IMG/VR virus record: IMGVR_UViG_3300031992_002338
From: a virus
Taxonomy: Duplodnaviria; Caudoviricetes
Length of the DNA stretch: 64,000 bases
Reading direction: 5' to 3' (one strand)
The notes under the pieces are model-generated. The model was not told the origin of the DNA. It saw only the letters and a list, made by a program, of their open reading frames with translations, and did no database searches. Shown here one piece after another: positions 17,804 through 26,145 of the stretch (position 1 is its first letter; each line of letters opens with the position of its first letter). Made by a program: the position numbers and the translations under genes.

Positions 17804-18495
17804 TATTTTGCCAAATCAAACGTAACTGAAGCACCAGCCATTATTCCCCATTGTTTATTTACTATGTCATAACCTGCTGTAAAAGATGGACCCACACTAA
17901 ATCTACTTAGAAACTTACGTTTTCCTTTTTTATTAAAAACTGTAACATTAGATATATTTCCGTTATTGTTAGAACCGATAGTTATATGGTTTATTCCATC
18001 TTCTTCTTTATTTACAATTGTAAATTTATTTTTAGTTCTAACATTTAAAGAATACCAATTGGGTTCTGTATACGAATTTACATTTAACTTATATTGAAAA
18101 GTATCATTTAGCTCACTATTATACTCATATGTTTTTGCCATCAATGTCTCACTAATCTTAATGGTATCAAACACTATGCTGTCTACAATATTCGGTTTAG
18201 TTTCTATTTTACCAGTTTCATATTCTTTTTCGTGAGTAAATTGTACAATGAAATCAATTTTATCTTTGTACTGTTTTAAGGAATCATAGAGTTCTTTATT
18301 TTCTTTTTTTAATTCCTTAAATGTTTTACTGTAATATATTTTGTTATAGTTATTCAAACTGTCATAATATTCAACCTCTTCTATTAATTTTTTAGAAGAT
18401 TCATATTGTTTATTTGAAAACCATATTAAACCGCACGTTACCAAAAACAATGCAAGTACTATGTAAAAACATTTTTCCTTAAATAGTTTTTTCAT
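17803..18495 (-). CDS. Membrane-anchored coiled-coil protein with a C-terminal beta-hairpin (spanin-like candidate)
   Basis: N-terminal TM, coiled coil, and C-terminal FSVGPSFTAGYD...WGIMAGASVTFDL. Confidence 0.45.
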   Translation of the reverse strand: MKKLFKEKCFYIVLALFLVTCGLIWFSNKQYESSKKLIEEVEYYDSLNNYNKIYYSKTFKELKKENKELYDSLKQYKDKIDFIVQFTHEKEYETGKIETKPNIVDSIVFDTIKISETLMAKTYEYNSELNDTFQYKLNVNSYTEPNWYSLNVRTKNKFTIVNKEEDGINHITIGSNNNGNISNVTVFNKKGKRKFLSRFSVGPSFTAGYDIVNKQWGIMAGASVTFDLAK

Positions 18496-19283
18496 TTTTC
18501 GCTTATATTTTTTCTTTTACTTAGTTGGACTTGCAAATCAAGAAGTTCACTAATTGTATTACCATAAGATTTTAGTTTAGAAGCAATTAAATCATTTGAA
18601 GGTAAAGACTCTAGATTATGAAACGTAACGCCAAGAAAACCAATAGGTCCTTCACTGCCATTTAAATAAATCATTGAAACATATTTTCCACCTTCTTCTT
18701 TTATATATTTTGCAAATTCATAATCCACACTCTCTATTTCATCTATAGTACCAACAAAGAATTTGTTTTTATACATATAATTTGGATATGTATACATATT
18801 TAATGGAACATCTTGGAATTTTTGATAGCACCTAACAACGCCTTTTTCCCTGTTTGTTATTTCGTATGACATATCAGCATATCTGAAAGGCAATCCGCTC
18901 ATATTTTTTTTGCCGTTGTGAAGCTCAAAAATAAATACCCTATCTGCCCCCAATGTATAAAGTAGTACCTCTATATCATGTTGAACTTTTGGAGTAACAA
19001 CAAAATCTCTTAAATCTTCTTCTTCTTTAGAATTTTCTACAATCTTATGCGATGTCTCTTTAATGAACTCTTCATTTTTAACAATATTATAAGCATAAAA
19101 TGCTGTCAATGCGGTGGCTAGAAAGAAAAACGTAACGAAGTAAACTTTAATTATTTTAGTCCATTTTGCATTTGCGATTGTACTTGTAAACCATTTACCA
19201 ACTTGTGTATAAACTGGTTCTTTTTTATCCTCTTTTGGGCTGATATTAATGTTTATATCATTGTTTTTCATTTCAAAATACAA
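18492..19283 (-). CDS. Single-TM protein with a GAF-like domain (T4 holin T-like candidate)
   Basis: One TM helix followed by LGADRVFIFELHNG...IGFLGVTF. Confidence 0.5.
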   Translation of the reverse strand: MYFEMKNNDININISPKEDKKEPVYTQVGKWFTSTIANAKWTKIIKVYFVTFFFLATALTAFYAYNIVKNEEFIKETSHKIVENSKEEEDLRDFVVTPKVQHDIEVLLYTLGADRVFIFELHNGKKNMSGLPFRYADMSYEITNREKGVVRCYQKFQDVPLNMYTYPNYMYKNKFFVGTIDEIESVDYEFAKYIKEEGGKYVSMIYLNGSEGPIGFLGVTFHNLESLPSNDLIASKLKSYGNTISELLDLQVQLSKRKNISEK

Positions 19284-19297
19284 ATATTAAATCATTA

Positions 19298-20116
19298 TTA
19301 ATCTATTAACTTTCTAGCCTTTTTGACCATATCAGCAAATTCCTTATCCTCTTGAATTCTGAAATTAGAAGTTGATGTTTTAGCTTCTGCGCTTTTATAA
19401 CCCCAAAGCTGTTTTATTCTCTCCTTCTGCTCATTTACTAGAGTCATGTTAAGCTTCTTAGTTATGTTAGGCTCTTTTGCTGTCCACTCTACCAAATACT
19501 GGTTGTCAGCACCGTCTCTCATAATAAATCTCTTACCTTCAACCTTAAATTCATCTGGTATCATCGTTCTCATATGACCCTCTGAAAGAAATTTGGTGTT
19601 CTTGAAGGAAAGCATCTTAATCTTTTTAGATTCTTCCATTGTTTCCGTATTTTTTTCAATGTCATTTTTATTTAGCTCACGTCCAGTGAGACCAATTTCA
19701 GCAGCTGTATCTTTTCCTTGCTTAACTGCCTTTGCATGTTCTTTGGCTGCATTGTAGATGTTCTCATCTTTATCAAATGTAGCGTTTCCAAACTCATCGT
19801 TCTTGTGTTTGTCTTCAGCATCCTTTGATACATAACCCTTCATCTGGGACTTGATTCTGTCCTTAAAAGGCTTGCTGATATTGTCGTAAGCCAAATCGTG
19901 CATACCCTTATTATCGGTTGCACTTATGCCACCTCCAAGCTTCTTAGTTCCTTTAGAAAGTCCACCATCATAATTATCGGTTTCCTTTTTAATGTCGCTG
20001 TAAGCCTTATCGTTGATTTTTTTCGACTCATCATTTCCAAAAACTACTGGTTTGAATTCGTTTTGACTTTCCTTGATAACTCTTCTCAATTCGCCTACAC
20101 TAATTTTTGTTACCAT
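19298..20116 (-). CDS. Putative head-associated protein
   Basis: N-terminal KISVGELRRVIKES, a variant of the shared module. Confidence 0.55.
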   Translation of the reverse strand: MVTKISVGELRRVIKESQNEFKPVVFGNDESKKINDKAYSDIKKETDNYDGGLSKGTKKLGGGISATDNKGMHDLAYDNISKPFKDRIKSQMKGYVSKDAEDKHKNDEFGNATFDKDENIYNAAKEHAKAVKQGKDTAAEIGLTGRELNKNDIEKNTETMEESKKIKMLSFKNTKFLSEGHMRTMIPDEFKVEGKRFIMRDGADNQYLVEWTAKEPNITKKLNMTLVNEQKERIKQLWGYKSAEAKTSTSNFRIQEDKEFADMVKKARKLID

Positions 20117-20123
20117 AATTTAT

Positions 20124-20270
20124 TTAATTAAATTGATTTATGTATAATCCCCTTAATAATTGCTCGAACATTAACTTTGTTCTAGCTTTACCATCAGTCT
20201 CTTCATTAAGCTTATCACTTATCTCCCTGACTTTCTTAATTGTATCTGCATTTGCTTCGTAATCTATCAT
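20124..20270 (-). CDS. Small hypothetical protein, 48 aa
   Basis: Read manually as MIDYEANADTIKKVREI...; ATGA overlap with the upstream gene. Confidence 0.55.
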   Translation of the reverse strand: MIDYEANADTIKKVREISDKLNEETDGKARTKLMFEQLLRGLYINQFN

Positions 20271-21028
20271 TGTATATCAAAATCACCTAAATTAAATATA
20301 TGCTCATCAGAATTTGGACAATACTTTTTTAAAAGTGCATTCCAAGGATTTTGACCGTGTGAAGCAGCAATTTTCCCAACCAAACATATTTTGCCATTTA
20401 CTTCAGAAACATATGCTTTTTGGTTTTTTTCCCAAACTTTAGGATTGGCATTCCTATCCTTATATGCTCTTGGGAATTTTTTAATTAAGTCTTTTACACT
20501 CATTTGCTGCCTTTGCTGTTGCATAACTGTTGTATTGGTAGAATCATTTCCTTGTATATGAGAATTTTGTGCATTTGCTTGCATTGGACTCATTGCCATC
20601 ATCCCACCAAGTGCAGCACCTTTCAGCCAATTTCCAATACTTTCGTCTATAACATCATCTACTTTTTTTTTACTTTCAACACGTTGTATTGCCATTGAAC
20701 CGTTTTTAAAGTCCTTGCTTCTCTTTTCAGTTTCACCCATATCAACTTGATTCGTCTTTGCTTGTGTGACATCACCAAGATTATGAGCTTGTCTCATTAT
20801 AGGTTCACTAAATGCATTACCGCCTACTTTTTTTTTGTTTTTTCCGCCAAAAGCGGGTGCATCAATATGGTTTTTAGCTTGGCCAGTTGGGTCTGAAGGC
20901 CCGCCTGCAGGGGAATTAACGCTGAAACTTGATGTTCCACCTAATCCTTCTTCTTTCAAAATTCTATTTACAGTTTCTTTTACAATATTATGTAAATCGC
21001 TTTCTGTAAGTCTTATAATCTTTCTCAT
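20267..21028 (-). CDS. IRLTESDLH-module protein
   Basis: MRKIIRLTESDLHNIVKETVNRILKE. Confidence 0.7.
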   Translation of the reverse strand: MRKIIRLTESDLHNIVKETVNRILKEEGLGGTSSFSVNSPAGGPSDPTGQAKNHIDAPAFGGKNKKKVGGNAFSEPIMRQAHNLGDVTQAKTNQVDMGETEKRSKDFKNGSMAIQRVESKKKVDDVIDESIGNWLKGAALGGMMAMSPMQANAQNSHIQGNDSTNTTVMQQQRQQMSVKDLIKKFPRAYKDRNANPKVWEKNQKAYVSEVNGKICLVGKIAASHGQNPWNALLKKYCPNSDEHIFNLGDFDIQ

Positions 21029-21137
21029 ATTAACGCATTTATTTATATATAAATATAAATATTAGTTAAAATATTTGGTTAATTCAAAGTTTTTTCATAC
21101 CTTTGCAGCGTAAAACAAAAATAAACATTATATTAAT

Positions 21138-21350
21138 ATGGAAAAAATTCAAAAAATGATTAAAGCCTATAATAAAAAGGCTAAAAAATGGGGATATGAT
21201 GAAATTTCAATTGAAAACAATCAAATCAATAAGCCATTTATTGAAAAGACTACAATTGGATGCTCATTTTGGAGGAAAATCAAAATAGCATATCAAAATG
21301 GATACTTAAAAGAAGATTATGAAAAAATTGAAAAAGCACTGAATATTTAA
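21138..21350 (+). CDS. Small hypothetical protein with its own host-type promoter
   Basis: TTTGG...TACCTTTGCA at ~21074-21107 and a terminator at 21331-21362. Confidence 0.65.
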   Translation: MEKIQKMIKAYNKKAKKWGYDEISIENNQINKPFIEKTTIGCSFWRKIKIAYQNGYLKEDYEKIEKALNI

Positions 21351-21365
21351 CTCAGTGCTTTTATT

Positions 21366-21959
21366 TTATCTAATTGTTTTTCTAGGTCTTCTAGATTCAT
21401 CGCTTCTGCCTGCCATCAAGCCATTGTTAGGGTTTGTTGGTTGTATTGGTTTTCCCATTGCATTCAATTTTTGTTGCATTTGTGGCTGTTGCTGTTGTCC
21501 TTGAGTTTGTTGTTGTCCACCTTGTGGCTGTTGCTGTTGTCCTTGAGCTTGTTGTTGATTATTTGCAAATCCGCTATTTACTTGTGTATTGAATTGAGGC
21601 TTAGTATTAGCTACGTTTTGAGCCATTTGGCTAAATTCTTGAGCAGTCTTTGTAAATTGTTGGCTAACTGTGTCTAAGTCGCTTACAACTTGTTGATTTC
21701 CACTTTTTTGAGCCACTTGTTGCATTTGTTGAATAATTTTTTGAACTTGCTGTTCATATTTATTGAAAGATGATGCCCAATTACCAGCTTTATATGTTTG
21801 CCCAACATTAAGATTACCTTGTTTCATACCATTCCAAACATTTTTCAAGCCACCCCAAACACCTTCTTGCATTCCATTTTCTCTAATGTATCCCCTTACA
21901 GCTTCTTCCACAAGGAAATGAAGGTCTTGTTCTGTTAATCTAATTGGTTTCTTATCCAT
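21366..21959 (-). CDS. Gln-rich IRLTE-module protein
   Basis: MDKKPIRLTEQDLHFLVEEAVRGYIRE, with a Q-rich tail. Confidence 0.7.
   Translation of the reverse strand: MDKKPIRLTEQDLHFLVEEAVRGYIRENGMQEGVWGGLKNVWNGMKQGNLNVGQTYKAGNWASSFNKYEQQVQKIIQQMQQVAQKSGNQQVVSDLDTVSQQFTKTAQEFSQMAQNVANTKPQFNTQVNSGFANNQQQAQGQQQQPQGGQQQTQGQQQQPQMQQKLNAMGKPIQPTNPNNGLMAGRSDESRRPRKTIR
21481..21557. repeat. Intragenic 42-nt-period tandem repeat (QGQQQQPQ)
   Basis: tgtggctgttgctgttgtccttgag at 21481 and 21523. Confidence 0.7.
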
Positions 21960-21985
21960 TGCCTTTATAAAACGTTTTATATTAA

Positions 21986-22138
21986 TTATTTGCCTATTCT
22001 GTTAACTACTCTATACTCTCCATTTTTTGAAATTGTAGCACCACTATTATCTGGGTTCATTACGAAATTACTACCATCCTTAGTTATGCAACCGTCATCA
22101 AAACCATAAAAGTCTAGTGTTCTAATCTTTTGTTTCAT
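21986..22138 (-). CDS. Small hypothetical protein, 50 aa
   Basis: Read manually as MKQKIRTLDFYGFDDGC...; ATGA overlap. Confidence 0.5.
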   Translation of the reverse strand: MKQKIRTLDFYGFDDGCITKDGSNFVMNPDNSGATISKNGEYRVVNRIGK

Positions 22139-22689
22139 ATTTTTCTATTTTTTATTTTGTTATTATATATGTCAGTTGCTTGTTTAACATATTCAGGCGC
22201 ATCTTCACTACTAATTACCCCCATTGTCAATGGTGAGGCTAACATTGTGTCGATTTGACCTCTCATAGTTAAATCATTTCCTAATTCATTCTTATGCAGC
22301 ATTAAGCCTTTTGATGTATGGTATGCTTCAGCTATTGATGTCAAACTGCTATGCAACTTTCTTAGTTTATCCTTGAAATTCTCCCTAGGAACACTGTACT
22401 TAACATAATACCTTGACGTTTGGCTTCCGTCAGTTTCATCATAAGGCTCACGAATATCTTCTTCCTTTTTGATTACCCCATAATCTAACAGTTTCTTCCT
22501 CAACATTCCATTATGTAAACCATAATCCCTCAATATCTCGCTTGGTTTCGTTCCGATTGGGTCATTTAGTAAACCCTTTATAAACTTTAAAATCTCTTCA
22601 TAAAATGTTTGAAATGGGAGTCCTTTATTTTCTTCATCTTCAGTTAAAACTCTATTGAATGAAGATTCGTTTATATGTATTATTTTCAT
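22135..22689 (-). CDS. Hypothetical protein with variant module (MKIIHINESSFNRVLTE)
   Basis: Start revised to the ATGA overlap at 22689. Confidence 0.6.
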   Translation of the reverse strand: MKIIHINESSFNRVLTEDEENKGLPFQTFYEEILKFIKGLLNDPIGTKPSEILRDYGLHNGMLRKKLLDYGVIKKEEDIREPYDETDGSQTSRYYVKYSVPRENFKDKLRKLHSSLTSIAEAYHTSKGLMLHKNELGNDLTMRGQIDTMLASPLTMGVISSEDAPEYVKQATDIYNNKIKNRKI

Positions 22690-22895
22690 CTTGTAACTCC
22701 CCCCCTCCATGTGCTGCTACGATTCCAAAGAGTCCTAAACAAATCCTCAATAACGTCAGCAGTCACTTCCTTAACTGCCTTCTTGAAATCCCTTGAATCA
22801 TATGAAGATGAAAGCTTTCTAGAAACTATTGCCTCAACATCAGTCTTGCTAATCTCTTCACTTATTATTTGCCTAATCCTTTCGTCTGAAACCAT
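22686..22895 (-). CDS. Small helical protein (MVSDERIRQIISEE)
   Basis: Start revised; TATTTATA motif ~21 nt upstream. Confidence 0.6.
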   Translation of the reverse strand: MVSDERIRQIISEEISKTDVEAIVSRKLSSSYDSRDFKKAVKEVTADVIEDLFRTLWNRSSTWRGGVTR

Positions 22896-22978
22896 ATCTA
22901 TATTTATTATATATATATAAATATTAAGATAAACAAAAAATGCAACCATTTCTAGCTGCATTTTTTGTATCGGCTATT

Positions 22979-23455
22979 TCACCATTTTTTATTAACATAT
23001 TCTTGTTGGGAATTAGTTAAATGAGCATTATCACCATATGGTATTGTGTTTGAAAATTCCATTCTGTCCATTCCATTATGATGCTTTTTAAAATTATCAT
23101 CATTTAAATTAGCTAGGTTAGTGCGTTGTTTTTGTTTTCTCAAAACAAAATTTTCTATCATTTCTAAATAAGTTAGCATTTTTCTAGCTTGACCACTTCC
23201 AGTAGAAGTTCCTTTCCAATTTGTATTACCTAATGTGTATGAATTAAGCGAATCGTCATCATTATAAACGTAATTTTCTAAATATTCACGTATTTCTTTT
23301 ATGCTTTTAAGTATTTCATCACTATTATCCAAATATTCAGATTTTCCAGCTGCTGAATCACTTTTTAGCCAGCTTATTTCCGAAATTATCCTTTTAGTAG
23401 ATTCTTTCACAATCTTATGAAGGTCATTCTCTGTTAATCTAACTATTTTTTTCAT
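22979..23455 (-). CDS. IRLTE-module protein
   Basis: MKKIVRLTENDLHKIVKESTKRIISE. Confidence 0.7.
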   Translation of the reverse strand: MKKIVRLTENDLHKIVKESTKRIISEISWLKSDSAAGKSEYLDNSDEILKSIKEIREYLENYVYNDDDSLNSYTLGNTNWKGTSTGSGQARKMLTYLEMIENFVLRKQKQRTNLANLNDDNFKKHHNGMDRMEFSNTIPYGDNAHLTNSQQEYVNKKW

Positions 23456-23531
23456 ATTTATCTCTTTATTTTATACATAAATATTAAGATAAACAAAAAA
23501 GGATGCTAAAAATAGCATCCTTTTAGTCGTA

Positions 23532-23567
23532 TGAACTCACCCCCACCTAAAGGTAGGGGACTTCTTG
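23532..23567 (-). mobile_element. Orphan IS200/IS605-family (TnpB-type) right-end-like hairpin
   Basis: Minus strand GAAGTCCCCTACCTTTAGGTGGGGGTGAGTTCA; no tnp ORF nearby. Confidence 0.5.
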
Positions 23568-23592
23568 TGATAAATGATTAAAATTTTCTAAA

Positions 23593-23645
23593 TGCAAATA
23601 TACGAAAAAAAGTTGAACTGACAAAATATCAATTCAACTTTTAGC
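23593..23645 (-). promoter_or_regulatory. Host-type promoter/stem-loop, near copy of 3807-3860
   Basis: tgcaaatatacgaaaaaaagttgaactgac...tcaacttttagc. Confidence 0.75.
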
Positions 23646-23646
23646 T

Positions 23647-24372
23647 TCACTTAACATTTACCACTTCGCCATCATCTATTATACAATTTGGCGGGATGTT
23701 GTTCAATGTATACAAACCATACTTATGATTTTGGTCATTAAAAAATTTAATATTTTTTGGTAGTTTATTGACATCAATCTTCAAAATAGAATATATACCA
23801 TCATTAAAATCCCTTGTTGCATAATTATTCAATGCTTTAGCAGAATTCACGATTTCAGAAGTTGGAGTATCTCCTTTTAAAAAATAAACTCTGCTTGGAT
23901 AGTTAAACAATATGTTTTTACTGTATGGACATAAACCAATTCTTTTTATCTTGTCCTTATTTGAATGATGAGTCACGTGATATAATATATCATCAATTTC
24001 TTGTTCCTCTTCCTCAAACTTTGGCTCGTAGTGTATTCTATCTAAACCATCCATTGACATCCTAATAGATTCAAAATATTCACATAGGTTCATTGCCTTG
24101 TCAACACGTTCTTGAAATCTTTCATTTTTGGGTAAGTCAATTGCAATGCATTTAACACCATTGTTCTCATAATCGTGCATATAGAATCTAGGTATATTGA
24201 AGTATTCCATAACATATCTCATCATTGTCTCAAATGGATACGTCTTAATTAAACCCTCATTCAGATTTTCACTGCACATATCAATGGACAACGGATTGTC
24301 ATAAGACACACTAACTTGTTCTTCAAAAAGACTCCTATATTGATGTTCTGAAATCCTAACTTTTTTATTCAT
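23647..24372 (-). CDS. ADP-ribosyltransferase-fold (Tpt1/KptA-like) protein with variant N-terminal module
   Basis: LYHVT...N..KI...GL.P, RVYF, ILKID, LYT..NIPP.CI; N-terminal KVRISEHQYRSLFEE. Confidence 0.6.
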   Translation of the reverse strand: MNKKVRISEHQYRSLFEEQVSVSYDNPLSIDMCSENLNEGLIKTYPFETMMRYVMEYFNIPRFYMHDYENNGVKCIAIDLPKNERFQERVDKAMNLCEYFESIRMSMDGLDRIHYEPKFEEEEQEIDDILYHVTHHSNKDKIKRIGLCPYSKNILFNYPSRVYFLKGDTPTSEIVNSAKALNNYATRDFNDGIYSILKIDVNKLPKNIKFFNDQNHKYGLYTLNNIPPNCIIDDGEVVNVK

Positions 24373-24937
24373 TACTATTTGCTGCCTTTTTAAGTTTCTC
24401 CATTAAATCGCCATCTTGTGTAATGGAATTACGCCAGTTCATATAAGCATCACGGACTTTACCAATAGTTCTAGCATTTGTTTCACTTAATTGCATAGCA
24501 TCGCACCATAAATAACAGCCATCGGCCCCAGAAGGGTCTGAGTATCTAAATTGAAAAGTAAGATTTAATGATGGTATCTTACCATCAAGTGTCATATCAT
24601 CTGCATCAGGATAATATTTCAATGCATTACTTTCAAATTTAATGTTATCATTAATTGTTTTACGCAATGCCTCTTCTTGTGATGTTCTTACATCACCGAA
24701 CTGTGGGGTATCCTTCTTTATTTCAAATGTTTTTTTGTGGTCATCATCAAGCACTTCCTCTGTCAAGACTTTTTTTTTATCAACAGCCTCTTCCATAAGA
24801 ATCTTAGACCTTGTTATAAAGTTATCAGGTTCGACTTCCTCTTTAACGAACACTTGCGATGCTTGTTTTGCTTGATTAACTCTTCCTTGTCTCAAAGTAG
24901 CTAACATCTTCTTTGTAATACTCATTTCACTTGCCAT
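24365..24937 (-). CDS. Hypothetical protein
   Basis: 190-aa ORF. Confidence 0.7.
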   Translation of the reverse strand: MASEMSITKKMLATLRQGRVNQAKQASQVFVKEEVEPDNFITRSKILMEEAVDKKKVLTEEVLDDDHKKTFEIKKDTPQFGDVRTSQEEALRKTINDNIKFESNALKYYPDADDMTLDGKIPSLNLTFQFRYSDPSGADGCYLWCDAMQLSETNARTIGKVRDAYMNWRNSITQDGDLMEKLKKAANSNE

Positions 24938-24940
24938 ATA

Positions 24941-25372
24941 TTAGTAATCCATTTCTTGACCGTTCCAGAGATAACCAAATATATTGTCTATTCTTTGATT
25001 AACCCTCTCGTTATTTACTTTTTTGATTTCTGTAATCTTTTCTTTAGCTTTCTCAACCATTTCCTCTTCGTTCATGGTGAGTAGTTCGTCTAAATTGTTG
25101 TTTTTTTCTACCAATATCTCACTAGCAACGTGTCTCATAACTTGCTCTTGAAATACCTTGTCATCTTCTGGCTCATTCTCCACTACAACTGACTTATCGG
25201 ATTCCTTATATAAATCCTCATAGTTTAACTCAGGTTTTTCTACCTCAACTACTTCCTCAGTCTGTACTGGTTCAGTTATTGCCACTTCTTCTATCTTTTC
25301 AACTTTTTTAGCCGCAACTTTCTTTGTTGTTTTCTTGGCTGTAGTTTTCTTTACAGTTTCTTTCTTTGCCAT
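24941..25372 (-). CDS. Hypothetical protein with Lys-rich N-terminus and acidic body
   Basis: KKTTAKKTTKK followed by a Glu-rich region. Confidence 0.7.
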   Translation of the reverse strand: MAKKETVKKTTAKKTTKKVAAKKVEKIEEVAITEPVQTEEVVEVEKPELNYEDLYKESDKSVVVENEPEDDKVFQEQVMRHVASEILVEKNNNLDELLTMNEEEMVEKAKEKITEIKKVNNERVNQRIDNIFGYLWNGQEMDY

Positions 25373-25404
25373 ATCATTATAACTTTTACTAATTATAAAT
25401 ATTA

Positions 25405-26145
25405 TTAAACAAATAATTCTTCCAAATCATCATATAATAATATTTTGGAACGTAACTTTCTTAAGCTTACTAATTTTATTTGTCTAACCCTCTCACTACT
25501 CAAATTATATTTTTTGCCAATTTCACTTAAGGTCAATTCTTTGTTGCTATTAAGACCATAATAGTTTTCAATAATGTCACGTTCTCTATCTGATAATGTA
25601 CCTATTATACTTGTGATGATATTTCTCTGGTTCTCAGTCACTTCTCTACTCTTTTCATCATTTTCATTTGATAAATCATTGTTGAATGAGACATCATCTT
25701 CATCATCCTCAATAAGTTTCTTATCCATTGAGGCATCATTATCTATATTTGGCTCTATCTCAACAAAATTAATGGTATTTTTCTTCTTAATAGATTCAAG
25801 CATCGCTTGTCTAATCCACCATACTGCATACGATATAAATTTTACATCTTTCGATTCATCAAATTTATCAATCGCCTTTAATAGCCCCATATTCCCATCC
25901 GATATAAGCTCTGAAATAGGTACTCCACGACCTGTGTAGTGCTTGGCAATATCGAAAACAAACCTAAGATTGGCTTCTAATATTTCATTTTTAGCTTTTA
26001 GATTACCTTTCTTACATTTCTTCAGCAAGCGTTTTTCTTTCGCTTTCGTAAGAGGTTTGTATTTTTTCAAGTCATCATAATAGGCCCTAACGGTTTCTGT
26101 AAAATCATTAGCATATTGGTTCATATTGATTGGTAATATTAACAT
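25405..26145 (-). CDS. RNA polymerase sigma-70 family factor
   Basis: Region 2 (ANLRFV..IAK.Y, LISDGNMGL..A.DKFD, FISYAVWWIRQA) and region 4 (LTLSEIG...LSSERVRQI). Confidence 0.92.
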   Translation of the reverse strand: MLILPINMNQYANDFTETVRAYYDDLKKYKPLTKAKEKRLLKKCKKGNLKAKNEILEANLRFVFDIAKHYTGRGVPISELISDGNMGLLKAIDKFDESKDVKFISYAVWWIRQAMLESIKKKNTINFVEIEPNIDNDASMDKKLIEDDEDDVSFNNDLSNENDEKSREVTENQRNIITSIIGTLSDRERDIIENYYGLNSNKELTLSEIGKKYNLSSERVRQIKLVSLRKLRSKILLYDDLEELFV

